DNA of 64,000 nt from Octopus sinensis (GCF_006345805.1 NC_043016.1:186001-250000); one strand, 5' to 3'. Numbered from the stretch's first letter, positions 12,896 through 25,775 are shown. Translations and numbers: made by a program. Notes: generated from the sequence alone by a model not told the origin.

Positions 12896-13146
12896 CCATT
12901 GTCATGGAACCTCACCCCCAAAAATACAAAAGCAATGTTCTCTTCTAAATAACCTGCCCCCTCCACCCCAAAAAAGCCATCCTGTTTTATATAAATGAAC
13001 AAGCTGTTTTTACATTCATGAAATTCTATTTGTCAAGTTCAAGAACAAAAGCACTAATAATAATGAAGAAAGAAACCAATTTTTTTTTCTAAAATTCTGG
13101 TACCTTTCCCTCAATATTCAATTTCTGTACATCTCACTTAACACTC

Positions 13147-13178
<32 letters not shown>

Positions 13179-13204
13179 CATGCATACATACATACATACA
13201 TACA

Positions 13205-13238
<34 letters not shown>

Positions 13239-13494
13239 CATACGTGTGTATGTATATATATATATATATATATATATACAATAATATGTTACATTACTCA
13301 ATAGTCAAGATAAAACTCTGAGTATCAGATGCCGAAGTGGAAATCCACAACACCATCTCTTCGGTTATCTGGCTATTTGAAAAACGTTATGAAAAAATAC
13401 CGTAATAATAAAAAATATATAAAAATATATAAAATCTTCTTGGGACATAACATAGAAAGCATGTTCTATCTGTTTTGTTATCTTACCATTTTAT

Positions 13495-13551
<57 letters not shown>

Positions 13552-13578
13552 ATATAATATATATATATAATATATATA

Positions 13579-13611
<33 letters not shown>

Positions 13612-14260
13612 CACAACACATATATATATATACATACACACATACATACTTACGTATGTATGTGTGTGTTTTTGTGTTTGTTTGTTACCTACCACCACTA
13701 GGAGAAAGAAAGAAAATAGCAGAAAACCAAGAGTGGAGAAATGTTGTGCATAAGACTATGGTTTATGCAGGACTGTAGTAGAAAACACTTGTCCTAAGGT
13801 GCCATACAATGGGACTGAACCTGAAACCATGTGTTTGGAAAGCAAATTTCCTATTACATGGCTACACCTGCAACTAAGGTGGAAAACTTTGTTGATGGGG
13901 CCAAGGTCAATGATTAGACGCACAATTAGATTTAAATGCTCTTCATACTGAACTTAATAACAGCAATAAAGTGCTTTAATTGCTGTTTAGTATGCATGAC
14001 ATTTTGATAAAATGTAAAAAAAATATATGCTAAGCTAAAAAGACAGAAATTAAAAGCCCTAATACACATTTTGCTAAACAATTGGTATATTTTATAGCTA
14101 TTCACCAGGTATGGTTTATGGCTAGTGTATATTTTTATAGACATGTCACAAGCAATTTCTTTTTTAAGATATCTGGAATTGAATATTTTTCTTTTTTAAA
14201 AAAGAACAAGAAAAACATAGCTACCATTTAAATTGTATTTACACAACATGTACACGCACG

Positions 14261-14310
<50 letters not shown>

Positions 14311-14334
14311 TGTGTTTATGTTGTGTATGTGTTT

Positions 14335-15045
14335 TGGGCCTCACAGAAGCAATGACAGATGACTGGGACCTTTGGAGATATGCTGTGATTGAGAAGACCC
14401 GGAAATTAAAGTGAAATGGCAACCACACATGTCCAGCCTTGTTAAAAATACTCCTGATGCATTGGGTGATATGATATGCTTGAGAAAACCTGTTGAGTTA
14501 AGTAAAACCAATATCGTAGCTTGAGATGGTGCCCGCTGACTGATGGTACATAAAAAGCACCATCTGAATGTTGTCAATGCCAGGTCCGCCTGACTGGCTC
14601 CTGTGCCAGTGGCACGTAAAAAGCACCAACTGATCGTGACTGATGCCAGTGCCCACTGACTTGCTCTTGTGCCAGTGGCATGTAAAAAGCACCATCCAAA
14701 CATGTTCATTACCAGGCCCACCTTACTGGCTCCCATGCTGGTGGAATGTAAAAAGCCCCAACCGATCATGACTGGTGCCAGTACCCCCTGACTGGTTCCT
14801 GTACTGGTGGCACATAAAAAGCCTGCCTTACTCGCTCCTGTGCCAGTGACATGTAAAAAGCACCCATTATACTCTCGGAGTGGTTGGCGTTAGGAAGGGT
14901 GTCCAGCTGTAGAAACTCTGCCAGACCAGATTGGAGCCTGATGCAGCTACTGGTTTTCCAGACCTCAGTCAAACCGTCCAACCCATGCCAGTATGGAAAA
15001 TGGATGATGGTGATAATGATGATGATGATGATGATGATGATATAT
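14335..15045 (+). mobile_element. RTE LINE 3' end (last codons, 3'UTR with ~63-bp tandem units, (GAT)n tail)
   Basis: LGLTEAMTDDWDLWRYAVIEKTRKLK*, then repeated GTAAAAAGCACC units and the tail CCCATGCCAGTATGGAAAA..GATGATGAT. Confidence 0.75.
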
Positions 15046-15636
15046 AAAGTTAGACACATCAATATCTAAAGATTTTATATATTCATGAAATACAAAAATA
15101 TGTATATATGTTCACATACAACAAGTTCAAAAACCCCTCAAATGTAAGATATCTTCATATGATGGACTCAAACTACAAACATTATTTTGGACCACTGAGC
15201 CCCCAGAAACAGCTGTTGATTTGTAATACTTTTCTTCAACCCCTTTAATTCTCTATATTATTTGTATACTGTGTAAGTCAGACCTTTTTGTATGTGCGTA
15301 TGAATACACTTTTTTTATATTTCATGTATTTAATATGCTTTATATATTGATCTCTCAAACTTGCTTATCCTTACATTTACTTCTACACTCGCTCAAGATT
15401 AAATGTATTGAGCACTACTAAGTGTATCCTATATGGAGAATATCTGATTCTCATCTATGAACTATATGCACATTAACTCGGAGTTTCTACCTTTGAATAG
15501 GTCGCTACATCCTTGTTACTTGTGTGAATTTTGCTACCCTGGTAACTGTTTATTGAATTTTCCATGTTAACGGTAAACAAAGGATAATTCATTCATCTAC
15601 TTATATATATACATATATATATATATCAATACACAA

Positions 15637-15668
<32 letters not shown>

Positions 15669-15926
15669 GGATAGATAGATAAAGAGCAGCAGACAGACAG
15701 AAAGACAATTTAGGTAAAATTGCATCTAATGACATCATGTAATATTTATATATGATAAATGTTCAAGTTGACTAACTGCCTTAAACTTCAACTTGAAACA
15801 AAGTGGTGTTGTACATAGCAATAAGTGGCTATAAGTGGTTTATCATTGAGCAGGTACATATAGAACAGAAAGGAAGAATGAACAGGCAAACAACTGGTAT
15901 CAGTTCAGAGCAAGGAATTTATATAT

Positions 15927-16148
15927 TTAACCCTTTAGCATTTAAGCCGGTCATATCTGTCCAAAATATTCTACAAGCTCTATGTTCAAATTAGCCAGGT
16001 TTACTCTCTCACATCAACTCTACAATATCATTCTAAAGAATTAACAGTAACCTCATCAAAAGCTACAAAATAATGCATGATTAATTCAAAACATTGTGAC
16101 TGAATCAGGATTACTTTTGACAAAATAATGTGAATGTTAAAGGGCAAA
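15927..16148. mobile_element. piggyBac-type MITE, family E
   Basis: TTAA-CCCTTTAGCATT ... AATGTTAAAGGG, ~220 bp. Confidence 0.7.
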
Positions 16149-16159
16149 ACAATTGCTGA

Positions 16160-16303
16160 GTTATTTACATTATTTACATTCGACGGATATTTGTCCTCAT
16201 CTTGTTTGTTGTTAACACGTTTCGGTTGATATACCCTCCAGCCTTCATCAGGTGTCTTGGGGAAATTTCAAACCTGGGTTCTCATTCCTAAGGTATTTTT
16301 CAA

Positions 16304-16352
<49 letters not shown>

Positions 16353-16417
16353 GTTATTGTTCAGGTCTCTGCTTGGGGTTAATAGCCAGTGCTCTTAACA
16401 ACTATGTCATATGCCCA
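16160..16417 (-). mobile_element. Family H SINE with HHR-like tail
   Basis: Minus strand CCCCAAGACACCTGATGAAGGCTGGAGGGTATATCAACCGAAACGTG. Same linker and a partly deleted tRNA head. Confidence 0.7.
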
Positions 16418-16797
16418 TGGGCATATGGCATAGTGGTTAAGAATTGCTGGGTTGCTAGAATAGAGTGTATTGTAAAACATAAGGGTGTAAAGAGGTGTGC
16501 AGATAGTCTCTTACAAGCTGTCTTCAGAAGAGCTGCACATATGGTGCATTTCTGAATGAATGAAGATAAGCTACCTATATTGTAGCAGAATATACCATTT
16601 TCAGAGAGAAAAATGAAGCAAATCCTGAGTTGAGAATTATAGTAGTGACCAGTTCCATTGTTGAAGAGAGATTGAGGCAGAGCATTCATGGGAAGCTTGT
16701 GCAAGGTAGGAAAGACAATAGAAAGGAAAGGTAGGGTCACAAATGCATGAAGATAGATAGAGACTAACACACATAGCAAGTAATAGACAGATATATT

Positions 16798-17027
16798 TTA
16801 ACCCTTTAGCATTTAAACCGGCCATATCCTGCCAAAAGTGTTCTGCCTGTTTTATGTTCAAACTGGCCAGATCTGGTCTCTCACACCAACCCTACAATAT
16901 CGTTTTAAAAATTAACAGCTACCTCATCAAATCTCATAGCTACAAGATAATGCATGATTAGTTCAAAACAATGTGGATAACAAAAATCATTAATTTTGGC
17001 AGAATAATGCGAACACTAAAGGATTAA
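16798..17027. mobile_element. piggyBac-type MITE, family E
   Basis: TTAACCCTTTAGCATT ... ACTAAAGGATTAA. Confidence 0.7.
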
Positions 17028-17789
17028 GAGTTTGAGGAAAATATATATTACGGAATTGGGGAAATGCTGAAAGGATTAGGGTAGGGGAAGCTCATTGGTA
17101 AAGTATGACAATGACCAGATGTATTACAGCAGCAACAAAGATGATATTTAAAATGGCAATGTCCAATGTGGCAAGCATGTTAGAATTATCAGACAGCGAG
17201 TAGGTGGGTTGGGGGTTCGGGTAAGTTTTTAAGGGCTGCAAACAAGATAGAAAAATATTGCCAGACAATAGCAGCTTGGCATTGTGATTCAAGCAGTATA
17301 TGTGGGAAGGAAGGGGTTATTTCAAGTATCAGGAGAAGAAGCTGCAGGGTAGAGAAGCAAACCGAGTAAAGGTTAAGAAACAACAAGCTTTTAAATGGTT
17401 CTAACAACAAAGAAATAGTATTTAAATTGTAAGTTCAGTGAAATTGAAGAATATATTACGTTGTTGCTAGATTAAAATAAAGTGATGTGTAACAGATTAA
17501 AACAAAATAAAATACGTGAAATAAAGTAAATATATTAATTTAATTTGAATATGTAATATTTAAATTGTACGTTGCGTGAAGAATGAAAATGTATTTATTA
17601 AGTAGTTGCTAGGTAAATTAATAAAGTGATGAATAACAGGTTAAAACAAATAAAATAAAATAAATGTATTAATTTAATAATTCAAATACGTGTATGCAGT
17701 AAGTCTACTTTGTGCGACTAAGAATAGTGAGTAAGAGAATAATGTAAAGGGATTTATATACAGCATTTATATTTGAGGTAAAAGTGAAA

Positions 17790-18050
17790 GATCTTAAAGA
17801 ATTTATGAAAACAGGTGGAGAATATTTCATGTTGCTTGTTTAATAATTGTGTTGGGTTATGCAATAGTATTTGCATAGATTATTTCAAGCCTAACCAGTA
17901 TGGAGCATTTGGGCCCTCCCTGTATGGAGAGCCAATATCAATGATAGACCAAGTTATATCATGTGGCATATTTTTTCTGAAAGTTATGTATGTGGTCAGC
18001 TAGTGAGGTAGACTTATTGTGCTTATCAGATTTAAAAAGTGTTCAAGTAG
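17790..18050 (-). mobile_element. PLE (Naiad-like) endonuclease C-terminal remnant
   Basis: DITWSIIDIGSPYREG..ILLHNPTQLLNKQHEIFSTCFHKF parallels the C-terminus of the 7800-9059 element. Confidence 0.6.
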
Positions 18051-18064
18051 GTTAAATATTAAGA

Positions 18065-18420
18065 GGCGCAGGTGTGGCTGTGTGATAAGTAGCTCGGGTT
18101 CAGTCCCACTGTGTGACACCTTGGGCAAGTGTCTTCTACTATAGCTTCGGGCTGACCAAAGCCTTGTGAGTGGATTTGGTAGATAGAAACTGGAAGAAGC
18201 CCATCGTATATGTGTATATATGTATATGTATGTGTGTGTATATGTTTGTGTGTCTGTGTTTGTTCCCCCAACACAGCTTGACAACTGATGCTGATGTGTT
18301 TACGTCCCCAGTAAATAGAATAAGTACTGCAAAGAATAAGCTCTGGGGTCAATTTGCTTGACTAAAAGTGGTGCTCCAGCATGGTCAAAGTCAAATGACT
18401 GAAACAAATAAAAGAGTAAA
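18065..18420 (+). mobile_element. SINE family B
   Basis: Same consensus with small deletions. Confidence 0.75.
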
Positions 18421-19000
18421 CCAATTGACTCCAACTGTAACTTCAGAATGCATGCTAACTGTCCATTGCAATCCAACTGCAAATGATTCATTGTCATTTT
18501 TAAGAGTATATTTTTGAAATATATTGGAACAACCATCAACTTTAAAAGCCCACACTCAGCCCATTTATGTGTGTCTTAAAGTTTGTGTTCATCCCCCATC
18601 AACCCTTGACAATTAATGTTGTTTTGTTTACATCCCTGTAACCTATACATGTATACATTTACATACACACATATATACACATACATTATATATATATATA
18701 CATATATATACATATATATACACATACATTATATATATACATATATATACATACATGCATGTATATATATATATATTCTATTTTTACTTTTTTATTTTAG
18801 ATTTTTTATTTTTTGTTTTATTATTCATTTTATATTTGTATTTCATTTTTATATTATCTTTACTTTATTTCTGCTCATATATAAATTAATCTATATACCT
18901 AAAGAAGTAAAACCAGAAAGAAAACATATACCAATGTGCATACATATTGATGTACATATTGACATACAGACTTGTTGCTGTGTGGTGGTATATATTATAT

Positions 19001-19168
19001 ATATACTTTATTTAAAGCAGCAGAAAATTCAACAAAACCTGTTACTCTGAGTTTCACGTTCCCGTTCGTTGGACAGTTTTTTACCCTGACTCCTGTCCGA
19101 CGAATGGGAATGTGAAACTCAGAGTAACAGGTTTTGTTGAATTTTCTGCTGCTTTAAATAAAGCATAT
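19001..19168. repeat. Near-perfect palindrome carrying two mirror HHR-like motifs
   Basis: ~75-bp arms. CCTGT-CCGACGA-ATG ggaa TGT-GAAA-CTC a GAG-TA-ACAGG at 19092-19131, with its mirror at 19038-19076. Confidence 0.75.
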
Positions 19169-19554
19169 TACTCTACCACTGGTATTGGAGTACTCTTTTT
19201 TTCCACCTTGTTTACTCCGGTATATATATATATAACGGGAAGCTTTATGAAAATAGACAAAAGATGAAGGCAGGTGGGAAACAAACAAACAATTGTATTA
19301 GTATGGCGCTCAGGAAATATAAATAAAACAAGTCTTTAACGTTTCGAGCCTACGCTCTTCAACAGAAAGATACACAGAGAGAAAAAAAACACAGAAAGAA
19401 GGAGAGAAAAAAAGGAGAGAAAAAAGAGAGAAAAAAATGCGTGCAGTAACTAACGAATCAACATGGCGATATATATATATATATATGCACACGCACTTGT
19501 GTACTTGTACATGGGCACATATACAAACACATGTATAAATTTTGTTTCTGTTTT

Positions 19555-19935
19555 CATCATCATCATCATCATTTAACATCTGATTTCCATTCTAGCATGG
19601 GTTGGATGGTTCGACCGGGGTCTGGGAAGCCAGGAGGCTGCACCAGGCTGATCTGGCAGTGTTTCTACAGCTGGATGCTCTTCCTAACACCAACCACTCT
19701 GTGAGTGTAGTGGGTGCCTTTTGTGTGCCACCGGCACAGGTGCCAGGGGAAGCTGGCAATGGCCCCGATCGCTTGGTACTTTTTACGTGCCACCAGCATG
19801 GAAGCCAGTCATGGTGGTGCTGGCATCGGCCACATACGGATGGTGCTTTTTGCATGCCACCGGCAGGTGTCAGGATAGTCTGGCAACAGCCACGATCGGT
19901 TGGTGCTTTTTACGTGCCACTGGCATGGAAAATAT
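19555..19935 (-). mobile_element. RTE 3'UTR copy
   Basis: (CAT)n..GCATGGGTTGGA..CAGCTGGATGC..tandem units. Confidence 0.7.
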
Positions 19936-20080
19936 CAGTACCCTGAGTGAGGTTTTACTTTATTTTATTCCATGAACATAAATTTTCTTTTTCCTTTACT
20001 TTATTTTATTCATTATATTTCTTTACCATATATCATATAACCCATCATTCATGATTATTACTATCATTATTATTATTATT

Positions 20081-20637
20081 GAGTGAGAGAGCAGTTCATG
20101 CCATCAAAGTGACACTGGGGTAAAATATACGAAGCCCAATATACCCATCATGACTACCCATCTGATAAAGGTACACCAGGCACATGCATCACAACCATAT
20201 GTGCGCGACATGGTGATCTCATAAAAAGATAAACAGCATATGACCTTGCAGGTGGGGCCCAGTTAGAATTTTCTTCTGGTTGAATAGCCCATCCCACCCA
20301 AAAGGTCCCTGAATAAGGGTTGTTTAAGGATGTTGAAAGAACCACCCATATTTCCAGAGGTGAATTATTCAAACCCCAAAGAATCCCTCTCAACACATGG
20401 CTATGATGCTCCCCCACTACTTCTGCTTGTGATCAGAGATGCACATATCGTCAGCCACTGAGGGACATGCTCAACTGGTTAAAGTCAAACAACTGACAAG
20501 CAAATCTGTGGTATTGAGCAGAATATTTGCGGTAGCCCATCTTTTATACCAAGACAAAACAATGTACATGCTAACACTTCCAATCAGTTAAGATCAGAAG
20601 CCATGAGAGCCACTGCCTGGTACTGCATCAGGGCATT
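20081..20637 (-). mobile_element. 557-bp (TAA)n-embedded element, family D, full length
   Basis: Bounded by (ATT)n on both sides. Nearly identical to 41259-41815. Strand is inferred from the truncation pattern. Confidence 0.8.
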
Positions 20638-21075
20638 TATTATTATTATTATTATTATCATATTATTGAATTGAAATAAAAGGAATAATTTTAACGCATG
20701 TATGCACACACACACACACACACACACATACACATATACATATACACATAGTAAATATGCCTGCTTATTCTGTGTATTCCAAAAGTTATACAAATGTTAT
20801 CCTTATTACCCTCTGCAAATCCTGATGATTTTCCATACGAGGTATTTAAAATGCAAAGTTATATGTTTTGTAATTTCAATTTTGTTTATGAAAGGAAACA
20901 TTCTTGGTGAATACGTTGATTAATTAATAAATTAATTTGTATCCATTAGATATCGCTGTTTTCTAACTCGATAAAAATGCCTGATATTTTACAATATTCT
21001 ATATGATATATTCATGGATGTATTATCTCTTCAATATTTAATATATTAAACCAGTGGATCTTGGTTTAAATATCA

Positions 21076-21360
<285 letters not shown>

Positions 21361-21882
21361 TATTTTAAGAGGAATCTATATCCTCACAATAACATGTGTA
21401 TGTGTGTGTGTGGGTGTGTAGGTGTATAATTTCATATTCTTTTATTCTTTTACTTGTTTCAGTCATTTGACTGTGGCCATACTGGAGCACCGCCTTTTAG
21501 CTGAGCAAATCGACCCCAGGACTTATTCTTTGTAAGCCTAGTTCTTATTCTATTGGTCACTTTTGCTGATCCGTATATATATACGTGTGTGTGTGTGTAT
21601 GCTTGTATGTATACATACATCTGTGTTTGTGCATGTACAAATCTATGCTGATATATTATATTTGTGTGTATGTGCTAATTCGAATTAATTTTCTCAAGAG
21701 ACTGTTGAATACAATGCATTTGTTTGTGTCTCTCTCTCTCGGTGTGTATGTTTAAACACCTGTGGTTGTGGAAGGGGTGTATATTATGTCTTTCTGTGTA
21801 GGCGTATGAGTCTGTTTACTGTTTGTTCTTGTTAGGACACTGGATATGATCTTAAATATCATACAACACCATATTTAGTTAC

Positions 21883-21966
21883 ATATTGACTCTTCTGATC
21901 TCTTTTGTTGTAGTTGTTGTGCCTTCACCATTATCATCACTGTTATCATTTAGCTCCTTGTCAGTT
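21883..21966 (-). CDS. Candidate 84-nt symmetric (phase 2-2) exon, TDKELNDNSDDNGEGTTTTTKEIRRVN, product unknown
   Basis: Acceptor CTTTCCTCTTTCAG, donor AT|GTAACT, open frame, non-repetitive sequence. No homology recognised. Confidence 0.35.
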
Positions 21967-22049
21967 CTGAAAGAGGAAAGTTTTCAACACAGTCCTTCCA
22001 ATGCTGACTATCCCATCATTTTGCATATTATTACACAAAGGTCTGACCT

Positions 22050-22378
22050 TGGAGCCTAGGACCCCTTTCAGTCATGACACTAACCATGGGCTTGCACCTA
22101 GAAAATTACCCTCCCAGTCACAAGTCCGGGCAAGGTTGTTTATGGAAGACCAGCAGTCGCCTATGCATACCAGCCTCCCCTCTCCATGCCACTAATGTTA
22201 TCCAAGGGAAAGGCAAGGGCCGATACAGCTTGGCACCTGTGACGTCGCAACTGAGTGAATTGGAGCAACGTGAAATAAAGTGTCTTGCTCAAGAACACAA
22301 CACGCAGCCTGGTCCGGGATTCGAGATCACAACCTCATGATTGTAAGCTCGACGCTCTAACCATTGAGCTATGCACCT
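22050..22378 (-). mobile_element. tRNA-derived SINE, family G
   Basis: Minus strand GGTGCATAGCTCAATGGTTAGAGCG..TCGAATCCC, then GTGTTCTTGAGCAAGACACTT. Confidence 0.7.
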
Positions 22379-22849
22379 ACACAGAGGTATTATGCCAATA
22401 ATACTAACTACATGCGTTGGTCCAACATCACTTCTTTACTTTTAGTCAATTGGTAAAAATCCAACTAACTAACTAATTGATTGCTTGTTTAATGTGTTTG
22501 TTAATTATTGATAGTTGATTGGATATTTAACCAATTTGCTAACAAGGAAGTGTTATTGAATCAGTGTGTATGTTTATTATTATTGGTCTAATGATTCTCC
22601 CAAGATTCAACAAAATTTGTTTCAACACATACGTCCAAATCAAGAATCATGGAAGCCAAATACAAAAATGAAGTAAACAAGCACACACACACACAGAGGC
22701 TGATATGGCTTGGCACCAGTGACATCACAACCCATTTCTACAGATGAGCGAATTGAAGCAACATGAAATGAAATGTCCTGCTCAAGAACATAACACACAC
22801 TCACACACACACACGCAAGCACGCACACACATTTTTCAGAAGACAAACG

Positions 22850-23350
22850 TGTTCCACTTCGAAGTAGTCCTAGAACTCTTGCAAAATGATGCCTTTTGAT
22901 GCCTCCACCATTTTTTTCTGCCCTTCTACATATGCTAAACGTTTTCTTTCAAGGACTTTTTTCATTCAGAGGAACAAAAAAAAAAAAATTGCAAAGAGCA
23001 AGATTGGATGAAAAGGGAGGGTGGGTAAGTGAGGTCATGCAGTTTTGGTCAAAAACTGTTTCACACTCAAGGCAGTGTGTGTAGGTGCATTGTCATGATG
23101 AAACCACCACTCACAACTTTGTCACAGGTTAGGACGTTTTTGTTTCACCATGTCTCACAAATGCTTTGGAACTGCTAAGTAAAATGTGTGGAAAATTTCT
23201 TTTGCATCAATGAAACAAATCAGCCTTGTTTTGACATTGGAAATCCCTTAATACGCATTTTTGTGATGTGGTAACACTGAATGCTTCCATTGACTTGATT
23301 GTTGATTCATTTCTGGGTCATAGCCATAGCACCAGCTTTTGTCTCTTGTC
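22850..23350 (-). mobile_element. Mariner transposase remnant (catalytic domain)
   Basis: WCYGYDPEMNQQSSQW, HHDNAPTHTALSVKQFL, HPP..LA.CNFF. Confidence 0.85.
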
Positions 23351-23846
23351 TCCCTTCTCCTCTACCTGTTTGCTCCTACTTGACTACAGGCCATTTCTCT
23401 CATATCTGTCTTTTCTGGACGTGACGTGCACTTAGCTGGATGTCATTTTTCTCGCCTCCTGACATTTTTCTCTTTTTTTTTTCCTCAGCTATTTTCTTCT
23501 ATTTATTCTATATTCTTTCAAAACTTCTCCCAAGTGTTACCCATTACAATGCATCTTGGCCTAACAGCCCTTAATATTTGTCTGTATCAATTGTTTACTC
23601 TGTACATCCACTCTGTTATTGTTTTCTCACTCAAAGCTCTAACTTTCCACATTTTAAAAAAATTTCTGAATGCTGCTGTTTCATGAAAGTTTCCTATATT
23701 GTTGTTAAAAGCTCAAAATAGAGATGATAAACAGTCAACAACTGAAGAGGGGTTAGACTTCTTTTGATATTTTGTCCTGTACTTGCCTCTCATTATATGT
23801 TTGCATATTTTTCACTTGTTGGTGATGTCCTATACTTGATGGATAT

Positions 23847-23878
<32 letters not shown>

Positions 23879-23896
23879 TACACACACATATATATA

Positions 23897-24125
23897 AGGC
23901 AAGCTGGCAGAAATGTTAGCACGCCGGGCGAAATGCGTAGCTGTATTTCATCTGCCATTACGTTCTGAGTTCAAATTCCGCCGAGGTCAACTTTGCCTTT
24001 CATCCTTTTGGGGGTCGATAAATTAAGTACCAGTTATGCATTGGGGTCGATGTAATTGACTTAATCCGCTTGTCTGTTCTTGTTTGTCCCCTCTGTGTTT
24101 AGCCCCTTGTGGGTAGAAAAGAAAC
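23897..24125 (+). mobile_element. SINE family A
   Basis: GCTGGCAGAAATGTTAGCACGCCGGGCGAAATGC..GTTCAAATTCCGCCGAGG..CCCCTTGTGGGTAG. Confidence 0.8.
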
Positions 24126-24144
24126 ATATATATATATATATATA

Positions 24145-24413
24145 TAAGAGAAATGGAAAATGGAGACATGCACAAGATGTTATTTAAATCATTTATATCA
24201 CCAACATAGTTTCCATTGATATGTTAAAATTATTCCAGGAGACTTATCGATGAACACTGTTATTTATAATCTCCTCCCTGATGAGATTGATACATTATTT
24301 CATATTATTTTTTCTCCCGGATTAATTTTAACATATCAATCTAAACATATGTCGGTGATATAAATGATTTAAATAGCATCTTGTGCATTTGTCTCCATTT
24401 TCCATTTCTCTTA
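24145..24413. repeat. Fold-back element with ~100-bp arms
   Basis: TAAGAGAAATGGAAAATGGAGAC..CACAAGATG / CATCTTGTG..GTCTCCATTTTCCATTTCTCTTA. CTGATGA at 24278 in the spacer. Confidence 0.75.
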
Positions 24414-25404
24414 CATTCTCCAAAACACGTCACTTCTCCTCAGAATTATTACCCATGTAAGTGTGGTTACTAATTTCTTAAGTGCTTATGTGACATTTGG
24501 CTACCCTGGTAACTATTTCTCTGGATCTTTCCTTGTAAATTATAGTGTATATATAGTGTTTAATGTACACAGTATATAGTTATGTGCTACTAACAGTTTC
24601 ACACATATAAGATATTAGTTAGACAGGTTTTAAAACACACAGTGTCTCCAAGTAATCTCCAGGCTCTGAGCACATGGCCTATGCAAGTTACAAATCAGAA
24701 AAATAGAACACTAGAAATCACGAGTAAAATGAGATGAAGTTGGGTTCAAAAAGTGGAATGGTGAAAACAACAGAAAAAGAAAGGAAAAAAATGAATTAGA
24801 ATTGTGTCTCCTTTGATTGTAGAGTCAAAGTTAGATAGTGTAGAATCAACAGAAGTCTGCAATACAGCTGCTTAATTCAGAGAGTGTGGTGTCTGGTTTC
24901 TTTACCAAAAGAAACTTGCCCATATGTTTGCATTTGCTGAAAATTTCTGATCTGGAATTCAGCAGTGAGGTGGGAATCCTTAAATCTAAAAAGGAGATGT
25001 GATCTTTCAGCTATGAATAACTTGCATTGTTTTTTATCCAGTAACATATAACAGGTATTTTTCTGTGATTTTCCACATGATTGTATGAGACTTGGAGCTG
25101 GTCTTCAAACTCCGTAAGTGGGTAGCCAACTTAGTGACTATGCTAATCACCTGTCTTCTTTCTGATATGTGGACAAAAGTAAAATGAACTAAAATAAATA
25201 ACTAGCCTCTTCCAGTTATTTATCTTAGCTCTTTTTTTATTGCTTTGTTTTACTTCAGACATATTTGTTTTCTACTCTGTTTTGTATAAGTGTAATTTCT
25301 TTGGTTACTGGAGGTAATGTTAGAAAATTGTCAAGCAAACAAAGGTAATAGAGCTAGAAATGCATGCCCATGACTGTCCTCTAATCTCAAGACAGTAAAC
25401 CGCC

Positions 25405-25637
25405 CCTTTAGCTTAATGGCAGAATCGTTAGCATGCCGGGTGAAATGCTTAGCTGTATTTCGTCTGCCGTTATGTTCTGAGTTCAAATTCCACCAAGGTC
25501 GACTTTGCCTTTCATCCTTTCAGGGTTGATAAATTAAGTATCAGCTGCGCACTGAGGTCAATGTAATCGACTTGATCCCTTGTCTGTCCTTCTTTGTCCT
25601 CTCTGTCTTTAGCCCCTTGTGGGTAGTAAAGAAATAG
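25405..25637 (+). mobile_element. SINE family A
   Basis: Same consensus. Confidence 0.75.
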
Positions 25638-25775
25638 GCATGTTAATTCTGGAGAATTCTTGATTGAGATTATCTCTTCTTCTCAAAAGAAGTTGGTCTT
25701 AATTGCCATTTGATAATTATGATGCATCCTCTTAAAGGTGGAGATAATTTCAATAAATCAACAATTCTTTTGTAT

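Noticed and set aside
16510-16630. Minus-strand exon candidate
   Set aside because: The donor lies in CTGAAGACAGCTTGTAAGA, which resembles decayed PLE/HHR tail sequence.
22290-22378. tRNA genes here and at 31346, 42581 and 43300
   Set aside because: A and B boxes run directly into SINE bodies and I could not form complete cloverleaves. They are SINE heads.
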